This document shows positions 29,744 to 37,905 of a stretch of 64,000 nucleotides of DNA, piece by piece. The position numbers were made by a program, and so were the translations under genes. The notes under the pieces are model-generated. The model made no database searches. It saw only the letters and a program-made list of their open reading frames with translations, and had not been told where the DNA came from. Position 1 is the stretch's first letter; each line of letters opens with the position of its first letter. The DNA is from Candidatus Bathyarchaeota archaeon (GTDB lineage: Archaea; Thermoproteota; Bathyarchaeia; Bathyarchaeales; Bathycorpusculaceae): assembly GCA_963715865.1 (NCBI GenBank), contig OY970280.1, forward strand, positions 1,920,001-1,984,000, in the 5' to 3' direction.

Positions 29744-30421
29744 TTACCGCGGACGTTTTTGGCTCTTTCTGGAATTCCAATCTTTCTCAAGGCTTTCAAG
29801 CAGAACGCCAGCAGCTTCTTCTCCTCGGGCAGGATAGTTAAAGAGGTCCACGTATAGCTGTACCTTACTCACAACGCTAACCTCGCCTATTTTGGTCAAG
29901 CCGTAAAACACTCCTTCATCATATGGCAAAACCATAGATACATTTCCACCTTTTTCGGTTGGTCTCAAGTCCAACTGTTGAGCTATACTCACAGCTTTGT
30001 CCCTTTCTTTGATGTAGAAGTGGATAGTCGTTGGTCTCACGTAGGGCGCAATAAGATTAGCACCCGCTAAGACAGTGAGAGCATATCCTGCGCTGCTTAA
30101 CTCTTTCATCTTCGAAATAAAAACTTCAATATCTCTCTCGAAAGTATGATAATTCAAGAATGTGTTCATAGAAGTATAGTTGTTAAATGCAGCCCACCGT
30201 TGCAAAAGTCTCACGGGATCCGACACATTTAGCTCATATCGGTCATCTCTATCAACATGCCCTTGATCGATTAGCGACATCACAACGGCATGAGTAAAAC
30301 CCAAAGAAACCTTTGACTCTTTTGACAAGCCCTCGATGGTCCAGCCTTTGAAAGGATCAATAAGGAGAACCCGTAGTACGCGGGAGGCTTTAGGCGAAAA
30401 AATGTTCCGTACCTTTCTCAT
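29744..30421 (-). CDS. Type IV TA AbiEi-family antitoxin (wHTH + DUF2186-like C-domain)
   Basis: KASRVLRVLL wHTH; DP..LL..W; YALT..AGA; GNV...PYDEGVFY; QLYVDL...RGEEAA. Confidence 0.88.
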   Translation of the reverse strand: MRKVRNIFSPKASRVLRVLLIDPFKGWTIEGLSKESKVSLGFTHAVVMSLIDQGHVDRDDRYELNVSDPVRLLQRWAAFNNYTSMNTFLNYHTFERDIEVFISKMKELSSAGYALTVLAGANLIAPYVRPTTIHFYIKERDKAVSIAQQLDLRPTEKGGNVSMVLPYDEGVFYGLTKIGEVSVVSKVQLYVDLFNYPARGEEAAGVLLESLEKDWNSRKSQKRPR

Positions 30422-30434
30422 ATGGGAAAGATTG

Positions 30435-30471
30435 TTTCGCTCTCATTTATAAAGTTTCGCTATTAGCGAAA
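30435..30471 (-). promoter_or_regulatory. Right 37-bp inverted repeat = AbiEi promoter/operator
   Basis: Minus strand TTTCGCTAATAGCGAAACTTTATAAATGAGAGCGAAA: perfect 8-1-8 palindrome abutting TTTATAAA, ending 14 nt before the AbiEi ATG. Confidence 0.85.
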
Positions 30472-30544
30472 ACGAAGCTTAAACTATAAAAAGGGTTCAG
30501 AAAGTAAATTGTCCCAACCCTCAAATAGTTAAAGGTGACTATAC

Positions 30545-31342
30545 TTGTACGATAGGAACCAGACTGAAGTTTCTAAGGGCGCGCTCGTTGAGCTGGCTCT
30601 AGCATTGGGACTTTACAAGGATGACCTAGTTTTAGCTGGTGGATGGACTCCCTATTTCTTAAGCCAAGGTTACATAGAGCATTGTGGCTCTGTTGATATA
30701 GACTTAGTGTTGCGTCCTTCCATTATGGCTCGGTACGAGTCAATTCGGGATATCGTACTGAGTCTCGGTTATGAACCCACGGAAAACCCTTTCCGTTTAC
30801 AACGAGAACTTGTTGCTCTTAACGGAGCACCTTTCCCATTTCATCTTGATTTTCTTACAGAGCCAGAGGCAAAGAGTCAAGTAAAAAACTTGATAGAAGT
30901 TCAAGAAGGGTTACAAGCAGTCTTTATTCCTGGTTGTAGCATCGTATTCACTTATAACTACTTGGAAACTGTCAGGGGTACTTTGCCTAAGGGTGGAGAG
31001 GGCGTTGTCAACATTAAAACCTCCGATATAGTTGGAACACTAACGATGAAAGGTCTTGCACTGGGCCGTTCACGAAAGTTGGAGAAAGACAGTTATGACA
31101 TATACACAGTGGCTGGTTTCCATGGAGGAGATCCTTACAAAGCTGCCTCCATCTTCAAGCAATTGGTAAAAAAGCTAGGCAATGCCGTTATACTTGAAGT
31201 CACAGATATAGCCCTTAAAAAGATCAGAGATGGTTTCGCTTCGTCAAACAGTTATGCGGCTCGAGCAGTTTCACGCTTCGTTGAAGAAGACGTGTCAACA
31301 GACGCATCAGAAAGAGTCTCAGCATTTATTTCCAAAATATAG
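30545..31342 (+). CDS. AbiEii-like nucleotidyltransferase (type IV TA toxin candidate)
   Basis: LVLAGGW...HCGSVDIDL, HLDFL, K..A...R...KDSYDIY pol-beta-fold motifs; SD AGGTGA before TTG. Confidence 0.82.
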   Translation: MYDRNQTEVSKGALVELALALGLYKDDLVLAGGWTPYFLSQGYIEHCGSVDIDLVLRPSIMARYESIRDIVLSLGYEPTENPFRLQRELVALNGAPFPFHLDFLTEPEAKSQVKNLIEVQEGLQAVFIPGCSIVFTYNYLETVRGTLPKGGEGVVNIKTSDIVGTLTMKGLALGRSRKLEKDSYDIYTVAGFHGGDPYKAASIFKQLVKKLGNAVILEVTDIALKKIRDGFASSNSYAARAVSRFVEEDVSTDASERVSAFISKI

Positions 31343-31412
31343 AATGACAACGCAAAACATGCATATGTGGGTGTTTATCAAAAAATTTTTTTCCCCTCAC
31401 TTGCTCACCAAC

Positions 31413-31604
31413 TCAAGGGCACTCGATAATTTTAGGCAAAAAGCCTAACAAGCTTTCAGGGTTCTTCCCAATTCTGTCACAATACAACCTTAACCGTCGT
31501 AAGAAAACACGTTTTGTTGCATCGGAAACCAACTTATTGTACCAAGTCTTATCAGACTCAAAGCTCAAAATCCACCTGGTCAATTCTTCCGTCTGAGGGC
31601 TCAT
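31413..31604 (-). pseudogene. Truncated N-terminus of a tyrosine integrase
   Basis: W...L.S..TKRVFLRRLRLYC...GKNPESLL resembles the SAM-like core-binding N-domain of archaeal integrases; stops at 63 aa with no catalytic domain. Confidence 0.55.
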
Positions 31605-31744
31605 ATTTCATTACCTCTAGAAGAATAATACAATTTTAATTCGGGAAGAAAGAGGAAGCCAAAAATCGAAATAGTTCTGCCTGTGGTTGGAGCTACTTTT
31701 AAATATTCGTGAGGTATGGTTTAGGTGCAGTTTAAGGTGTAAAG

Positions 31745-32185
31745 ATGCCAAAGCAGGAAAAAGGAAAATCACATTCAATACGACCAGTCAGCAGGCGTCC
31801 TCCAAGCTGGTGTAAGTACCAGCCTGAAGAAGTAGAATCATTCATAATAAAATTAGCCAAGGAAGGTCACTCACTCAGCAGCATAGGCACCATCCTTAGG
31901 GATCAATACGCGATTCCACTGGTGAAGCCTATAGTTGGCAAAAGCATAAGCGACGTTCTCCAAGGCGCAGGATTAGCCCCATCCTTGCCAGAAGACCTAT
32001 CAAACTTGATGAAGAAGGCTCAGAGCCTCGCAGTGCACATGGATAAAAACAAGAAGGACCTGCATAACAAGCGCAGCATGCAGATGATTGAAGCAAGAAT
32101 CCACAAGCTCTCGCGATACTATAAGCGTGAAGGTCTTTTGCCAAAGAACTGGAAGTACGAAGCTAAAATCGCCTCCGTAACCTAA
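31745..32185 (+). CDS. rps15: 30S ribosomal protein S15
   Basis: GKSHSIRP, IGTILRDQY, LPEDL, ESRIHKL-like motif, RYYK. Confidence 0.97.
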   Translation: MPKQEKGKSHSIRPVSRRPPSWCKYQPEEVESFIIKLAKEGHSLSSIGTILRDQYAIPLVKPIVGKSISDVLQGAGLAPSLPEDLSNLMKKAQSLAVHMDKNKKDLHNKRSMQMIEARIHKLSRYYKREGLLPKNWKYEAKIASVT

Positions 32186-32280
32186 ACGCTTCTTTCCTTA
32201 ATTTTACGGTTTGCTATTTGTTGGTTGATGCGCCAGCTTTAAATCCAATCAGAGCCTTTTAGCCAAAGAGTGAACTATGC

Positions 32281-33747
32281 ATGGCTGCACAGCAAACATC
32301 CATTGAACGCTTTCTAGCTTCAGCCGCAGAAGCATCAAAAGTAATTTTGGAAACGGTCCAGAAAGACGGTTTTATCCATGTTTTTTCGCATTTGGATGCT
32401 GATGGGGTTGCGGCTGCAGGCGTGATTGGAAAAGCGCTCTACAGGCTTGATGCTCGCTTCAGAATAAGGGTTACTCAGTGGGTTGACGAGAAAATCATCG
32501 GTGAAATCGTTGCTGATAAGCCGCAGTTGGTTATTTTGACGGATTTTGGAAGCGGCTACCTTGACCTGTTAAACGAGAAAATTCCGAATTTTAAGGTTTT
32601 AATTCTTGATCATCACCAGATAACGGGCATCTTGGCTAATGAGAATTTTGTTCAGGTAAACCCTCACTTGTTTGGTATCGACGGTGCGACGGATGTTAGC
32701 GGTTCAGGTGTAGCTTATTTTGTGGCTAAAGCAGTGAACGCGTTGAATGTGGATTTGGCGCCTGTGGCTTTGGTTGGCGCTTTAGGTGACATGCAGGACA
32801 GGTATGAGCAGAGAAAACTGTGCTGTCTAAACGAGATCATGGTTAACGATGCTGTGGCTGCTGGCTTGCTTAAAGTTGAGAAGGACTTAACGTTTTTCGG
32901 CAGAGAAACCCGAGCAATCCATAAGACATTGGCTACGACGACTAACCCGTTTATTCCAGGCTTAAGCGGAGAAGAAGACAAAGCATTAGCCTTCCTTGCA
33001 AGCTTAGACATTCCCATCAAGCAAGGTGAAAAATGGAGGGCACTCCGAGACCTAACCGAAGACGAAAAGAAACGATTATGCTCAGCTCTAGCGGACCACC
33101 TATTGTCTAAGGGGTTGCATTTAGAAGTTGAAAACCTGATCGGGTACATTTACGTTTTAACCAAAGAAGAACCAAACACATCACTGCGGGATGCAAGGGA
33201 ATTCGCGGTAGTATTGAACTCGACGGGACGCATGGACAGACCAAGCCTCGGCATTGCCATCTGCATGGGTGACCGCGGAGCAGCCCTTGAAGAAGCAAAC
33301 AAAATCCTCGAAGATTACCGTAAGAACATTAGCAAGTATCTGGGTTGGGTAATGGAGAAACCCGAACGCATGCGAGAACTCCAAAACATCTATGTTATTT
33401 ACGGTGAGAACTTTATCAACGAAAAAATCATCGGCACCGTCTCATCCATAATTGTCTCTGGGCTTGCCAACGCTGAAAAACCACTCATAGCTTTTGCTAA
33501 CGTTGAAAAAGAGCAGGCAGCCAAATTCTCGGCAAGAACAACGGAAGCAGCAATCCGCAAAGGCGTAAACTTGGGCGAAGTTATGCGGTTAGCTTCCGAA
33601 GCGCACGGGGGCAAAGGCGGAGGACACAACATCGCTGCAGGCGCACAGGTGCCGTTGGACAAGATTGAAGGCTTCGTTAAAACTGTGGACGAATTGGTTG
33701 GCAAACAGTTGAGGGGCGAGAAGATTGGAAGCGACAATAACGCTTGA
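32281..33747 (+). CDS. DHH/DHHA1 phosphoesterase (archaeal RecJ-like)
   Basis: SHLDADG, TDFG, DHH, GGGHNIAAGA; conserved S15-DHH-Pcc1 order. Confidence 0.93.
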   Translation: MAAQQTSIERFLASAAEASKVILETVQKDGFIHVFSHLDADGVAAAGVIGKALYRLDARFRIRVTQWVDEKIIGEIVADKPQLVILTDFGSGYLDLLNEKIPNFKVLILDHHQITGILANENFVQVNPHLFGIDGATDVSGSGVAYFVAKAVNALNVDLAPVALVGALGDMQDRYEQRKLCCLNEIMVNDAVAAGLLKVEKDLTFFGRETRAIHKTLATTTNPFIPGLSGEEDKALAFLASLDIPIKQGEKWRALRDLTEDEKKRLCSALADHLLSKGLHLEVENLIGYIYVLTKEEPNTSLRDAREFAVVLNSTGRMDRPSLGIAICMGDRGAALEEANKILEDYRKNISKYLGWVMEKPERMRELQNIYVIYGENFINEKIIGTVSSIIVSGLANAEKPLIAFANVEKEQAAKFSARTTEAAIRKGVNLGEVMRLASEAHGGKGGGHNIAAGAQVPLDKIEGFVKTVDELVGKQLRGEKIGSDNNA

Positions 33748-33970
33748 ATACGCTGACGAGAAGACTGCAGAGGCAGTTGCCAACGCGGTTTCGCCTGACA
33801 ACTTCAAAACGCCAATTGGACTGCAGGTTAAAACAGTGAGGGAAGAGAGAAAAGTGGTAACTGAGATTCAATGCGAAGGTAAACTCTCGACTTTCACCGC
33901 CACAATTGACGATTTACTTTTCAGCGCGTCAACTGCAGAAAAAACACTTAAAACCATTAAAAGAATTTAG
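33725..33970 (+). CDS. pcc1: KEOPS subunit Pcc1
   Basis: A...AVSPDN...STFTATIDDLL pattern; follows DHH. Confidence 0.88.
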   Translation: MEATITLEYADEKTAEAVANAVSPDNFKTPIGLQVKTVREERKVVTEIQCEGKLSTFTATIDDLLFSASTAEKTLKTIKRI

Positions 33971-34142
33971 AAAACCGTTTTAGCAATCAACCGCATTAAC
34001 GTTTATGTTTTAAAATAGAAAAGGTAACAGCGTGTGTTTTGTCTGCTTTTGGGCTTAGCCTCTAAATATTGCATTGTTTACGGTAAAAGTAAATAAATAA
34101 GCGAACATAACATTATTGAAACTTTGACTTGGGTGAATTCGG

Positions 34143-35957
34143 TTGAAGCGAGTCCATGCAGCCTTAATGATTACAGTTTTCTTGTTACTAGTTTTCTTGC
34201 CGGTTGTTTTGCCTTCGGGAACGGTTTTTGCTCAAACCACTGGTTACACTATTCAAAAAGTGGATCATTCGGTTGAAGTAATGTATTCTGGGCAAATTGT
34301 CATTCGGGATACAATTCATGTTTATGGACAAGTTACTGATGGCTTCACGATTGGTTTACCCTCTAAATACAGTGCATACATCCTCAAAGCTATGGCGTTC
34401 GACGCAGACAACGTTTACCAAGTAAATTTAGGTGTCCAATTAGGTGACCGAAGCGGATTTTACGGTGCAGAAGTAAACTTCAACGGACAATCACCCACCG
34501 TTTTCACAGTCGCATTTGTTCTATCCAACAGCCTTATTACTTTTGCACAAGTTACCGGCGTTTACACGCTTGATTTTCCAGCTTACCCAAGCCTCACACA
34601 AGATGTTGCTAGCTGCAACGTAACCATAACTCTTCCAAGCACTCCCACAAGCATAACTATCACAAAAAGCGACGGAGAAGTAGACACAGACAACTATGTT
34701 ACACAAAACTTGGCAGCATACACTTATTCCACAGGTTCAGCAGCCTTCCAAATACCAACAGGAACTCTACAGTTAACCAGTATAAGTCAGCTAAACCGCC
34801 AAATAACCATTGATCCAACTGGCAAAGTGACTACTTCAGATAGTTACCACATAACCAACAACTCGACATCAACAATGACATGTTTTGTTTTGAATTTACC
34901 AACTACTGCCTCAAACATAGTTGTAAAAGACGAATTTGGCAGAGTATTAACAACCGTTACTAGCTCTCTTGCAAGCCGCGACATTTTGCTGACCAATGCC
35001 ACTTTGATAACATTCTTAACAAGTGGCCAATCTGCGATTATCTCAGCTGACTACAATTTACCAAGCGCAACCATTCAAGGTTCCCAATACGTCCTAGACG
35101 ACTTCAAGCTTTTCCCAAATTTTTATTATTACGTTAACGATGCCACTTTCACTTTTATTCCACCTGAAGGAGCAACGATTGTAACGCCACAGTTATCGTC
35201 TCTTGATTCCTCCGCAACTCTGACAAGAGAATCCTTCCAAGACACCCTTACAGTAACGAGAGATGGCATAAGCTACTTGGATTACGGCAGCCCTGAAAGC
35301 AATACCGTGCAATTTTCATATGATTATAATCCAGTTTGGGTTTCTTTTAGGCCTACTTTTTGGGTCTCATTCTTAGCAGTAGTTGGATGTGTAGCTGCCG
35401 TTTTCATTAGAAGACGCAAGCCAAGCGAAAAAGAACCAACCATAACTAGAACAGAACGGTTGTCAACTCCACAACCGACGCCGACAACGTCTTCCCAACA
35501 GGCAAAGAGTGTTGAGCCTATAACTGGTCAACGTATTACTACAGAAAACGTTAGGGAATTCACTGATGCCTATGAAGAGAAAAAGCAGTTAAATACAGAA
35601 TTGAAATCGCTGGATAACAGAGCGCAAAAAGGAAAGATTCCAAGACGGCAATATAAGGTTCAACGCAGAGCAATAGAAATTCGCTTAGAAACACTGACAA
35701 GAAATACAAACAGACTAAAAGATACATTCCGAAGTTCAACCAGTCTTTACTCAGATTTAGCTAAGCAGCTTGATGCTGCCGAAACTGACCTGGTTGAAGC
35801 TGAAGAAAACATCAAAAAACTTGAATCACGCCAAAGCACAGGCGAAATTTCCCTAGAAACGTACAAGAAAAATATTGGAGACTACCAGAAACGCAAAGAT
35901 AAAGCTGAATCAACCATTAACGGAATCCTGCTGAGACTACGTGAAAAAACACGCTAA
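34143..35957 (+). CDS. Type I membrane protein, ribophorin I (OST1)-like architecture
   Basis: Signal peptide, two repeated beta-sandwich units, PPEGA..V motif, one TM (FWVSFLAVVGCVAAVFI), cytosolic helical bundle. Confidence 0.55.
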   Translation: MKRVHAALMITVFLLLVFLPVVLPSGTVFAQTTGYTIQKVDHSVEVMYSGQIVIRDTIHVYGQVTDGFTIGLPSKYSAYILKAMAFDADNVYQVNLGVQLGDRSGFYGAEVNFNGQSPTVFTVAFVLSNSLITFAQVTGVYTLDFPAYPSLTQDVASCNVTITLPSTPTSITITKSDGEVDTDNYVTQNLAAYTYSTGSAAFQIPTGTLQLTSISQLNRQITIDPTGKVTTSDSYHITNNSTSTMTCFVLNLPTTASNIVVKDEFGRVLTTVTSSLASRDILLTNATLITFLTSGQSAIISADYNLPSATIQGSQYVLDDFKLFPNFYYYVNDATFTFIPPEGATIVTPQLSSLDSSATLTRESFQDTLTVTRDGISYLDYGSPESNTVQFSYDYNPVWVSFRPTFWVSFLAVVGCVAAVFIRRRKPSEKEPTITRTERLSTPQPTPTTSSQQAKSVEPITGQRITTENVREFTDAYEEKKQLNTELKSLDNRAQKGKIPRRQYKVQRRAIEIRLETLTRNTNRLKDTFRSSTSLYSDLAKQLDAAETDLVEAEENIKKLESRQSTGEISLETYKKNIGDYQKRKDKAESTINGILLRLREKTR

Positions 35958-36020
35958 AACACCTAAACCCTTTTATTTCACGCAATAGCTTTTCAATAAA
36001 AATTGCAGAGGTAAACAAAA

Positions 36021-36200
36021 ATGGTAAAAATAGTTGTTGATCCTAAATGCACCGGATGCGAAACATGCGTAAACACTTGCCCTGTAGGCGTATATGAAAT
36101 CAAAGACGGCAAATCTACACCAACCAAAATAAGCGAGTGCTTAGTCTGCAGAGCATGTGAAGCTCAATGCCCTGAAGGTGCAATTCAAGTAATCGAGTAA
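36021..36200 (+). CDS. Small dicluster ferredoxin (59 aa)
   Basis: Manual: MVKIVVDPKCTGCETCVNTCP...ECLVCRACEAQCPEGAI; two CxxCxxCxxxCP motifs; below the ORF-track cutoff. Confidence 0.95.
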   Translation: MVKIVVDPKCTGCETCVNTCPVGVYEIKDGKSTPTKISECLVCRACEAQCPEGAIQVIE

Positions 36201-36324
36201 ATTTGAAGCTTATATTGAATTACACGTGTATCTCTCGATTGATAGCTGAGAGATTATTCCCTTCTTTATTAGCTAACTTTTAAATGTAAACTATCCGCTT
36301 CTCCTGTTAGTTGAAAAAAGTTTG

Positions 36325-36551
36325 TTAATCTTCTATATTTCTTAAAAATCGCATAATTTTTGCAATTTGCTCCGCTGTAGCACGGTCGACTTTTTGTTCT
36401 TCTTCTATGTTCTTGAGCGGAATAGCGCTTACCATACGCAACCTATTGGCTGCTTTCGTTATAACAATTATGTTGGCAGTTACTTCGAACTTCGAAGTAG
36501 CGGGAAAAGTGTGGCTAAGCATTTTAACGGTTTTATGTATTTTTTTGGCAT
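36325..36551 (-). CDS. Hypothetical protein; ATG 36551 joins the main frame only by a -1 shift at A7
   Basis: TTTATAAA ~25 nt upstream of ATG 36551; ATG CCA AAA AAA then the -1 frame continues IHKTVKMLSHTFP...; alternative start at 36522. Confidence 0.5.
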
Positions 36552-36702
36552 GTTGTTAAAGTGAAATTGTACCGTTTATATCATCGCTTCTTAAAGCATT
36601 TGAAATGTTTTTGCCACTGTACAAGTGAAGATGTTTTTCGAAGGAAAATTGTTGATTTCGCAGGTAAAAGTTATATGTTAAAGGTTATGCTTAGTTCTGT
36701 TT

Positions 36703-36978
36703 ATGCCAGATAAAATTCACTGTGCACACATACTGGTCAAAACAGAGACAGAAGCAAAAAACATCAAAGCTCGGCTCGACAAAGGGGAAAAATTCGCAGC
36801 CATAGCCAAAAACGTTTCCCTCTGCCCATCCGCAAAGAACGGCGGAGACTTGGGAACTTTTACAAGGGGCAAAATGGTTAAGGAGTTTGAGAAAGCTGCC
36901 TTTGCGCTTGAGAAGGGTCAGACTTCTGGTCCTGTTAAGACGCAGTTTGGGTACCATATAATTAAACGGTTAGAGTAA
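36703..36978 (+). CDS. Parvulin-type peptidyl-prolyl isomerase
   Basis: HCAHILV, SLCPS...[20 protein letters not shown]. Confidence 0.96.
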   Translation: MPDKIHCAHILVKTETEAKNIKARLDKGEKFAAIAKNVSLCPSAKNGGDLGTFTRGKMVKEFEKAAFALEKGQTSGPVKTQFGYHIIKRLE

Positions 36979-37075
36979 TCCATTGCATAATAAGTAGGTT
37001 AATGCTTTATAGCGCCCTGTTATACAGCAGAGTTTAATCTATAACATTGGCACTAAAATTAGAGTCGAATTAGAA

Positions 37076-37804
37076 GTGAACGGTCCAAAATTATCCCGAA
37101 ACGAACAGTTGCTAATGCTTGTTTGCATAGTGTTTCTTACTGGTTTTTTGCTTGTTGCATTTTTTAGAGCAAGCTTTCACTCATTTGACGTTGGAGTTAA
37201 CGTTTGGATTCCATCAATCCAGGCAAGCTCATTCACTGTTATAGCCAAAGGAATTGCTGTTGTTTTTGACACTGTGACCCTCCTGCTATTTTCCTTGGTG
37301 CTTGCGGCTTATCTTTTCATCAAGAAGTATAGAGCTGAGAGCTTGTTGCTACTTGGGGCAATGGGCGGAGACGCATTAATCGTTTCGGTTGTTAAAGGTT
37401 TAGTTCAGTCTCCCAGGCCTTTGAATGGATTAGTTGTTTATTCTGGGTTTTCTTTTCCAAGCGGTCATGCTGCTGGGAGTATAGTTTTTTGTGGTTCCCT
37501 TGCTTTTTTTGCTTGGCAGCACTGGAAAAGCGCAAGGGCACGAGCATCGGTTGGAACGGGAGTCTTTGCAGTAATGTCTGTGGTGGGTTTTAGTCGAGTA
37601 TATTTGAACGTTCACTGGTTTAGTGATGTTCTTGGCGCGGGTATGCTTGGGGTTTTCTGGCTGTCTTTTGCCGTTTTAGTGTTCAAGCTCTTGCAGGACA
37701 TGGATAAGTTTCAATCGGAAAGGTTTCGCTCAGTTGCTATTTTTCTCTTTGTTGTGGCTATTGTTGTTGCGGTTTTTGTTGTGGTGAGGAGTTTGCTTGG
37801 TTAA
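37076..37804 (+). CDS. PAP2-family phosphatase
   Basis: K.....PRP, SFPSGHA, SRVYLNVHWFSDV. Confidence 0.93.
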   Translation: MNGPKLSRNEQLLMLVCIVFLTGFLLVAFFRASFHSFDVGVNVWIPSIQASSFTVIAKGIAVVFDTVTLLLFSLVLAAYLFIKKYRAESLLLLGAMGGDALIVSVVKGLVQSPRPLNGLVVYSGFSFPSGHAAGSIVFCGSLAFFAWQHWKSARARASVGTGVFAVMSVVGFSRVYLNVHWFSDVLGAGMLGVFWLSFAVLVFKLLQDMDKFQSERFRSVAIFLFVVAIVVAVFVVVRSLLG

Positions 37805-37829
37805 TTATTTTCCTGATTGTGGATTGATT

Positions 37830-37869
37830 AAAAGATATATCTTTTTCAGACACGTTTATATTGATAAAC
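37830..37869. promoter_or_regulatory. Two palindromes upstream of copA (operator candidates)
   Basis: AAAAGATATATCTTTT (37830-37845, perfect) and GTTTAT-ATTG-ATAAAC (37854-37869). Confidence 0.4.
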
Positions 37870-37905
37870 ACCAAATTCATATTCTAATATAATGAGAGAA
37901 AATTT

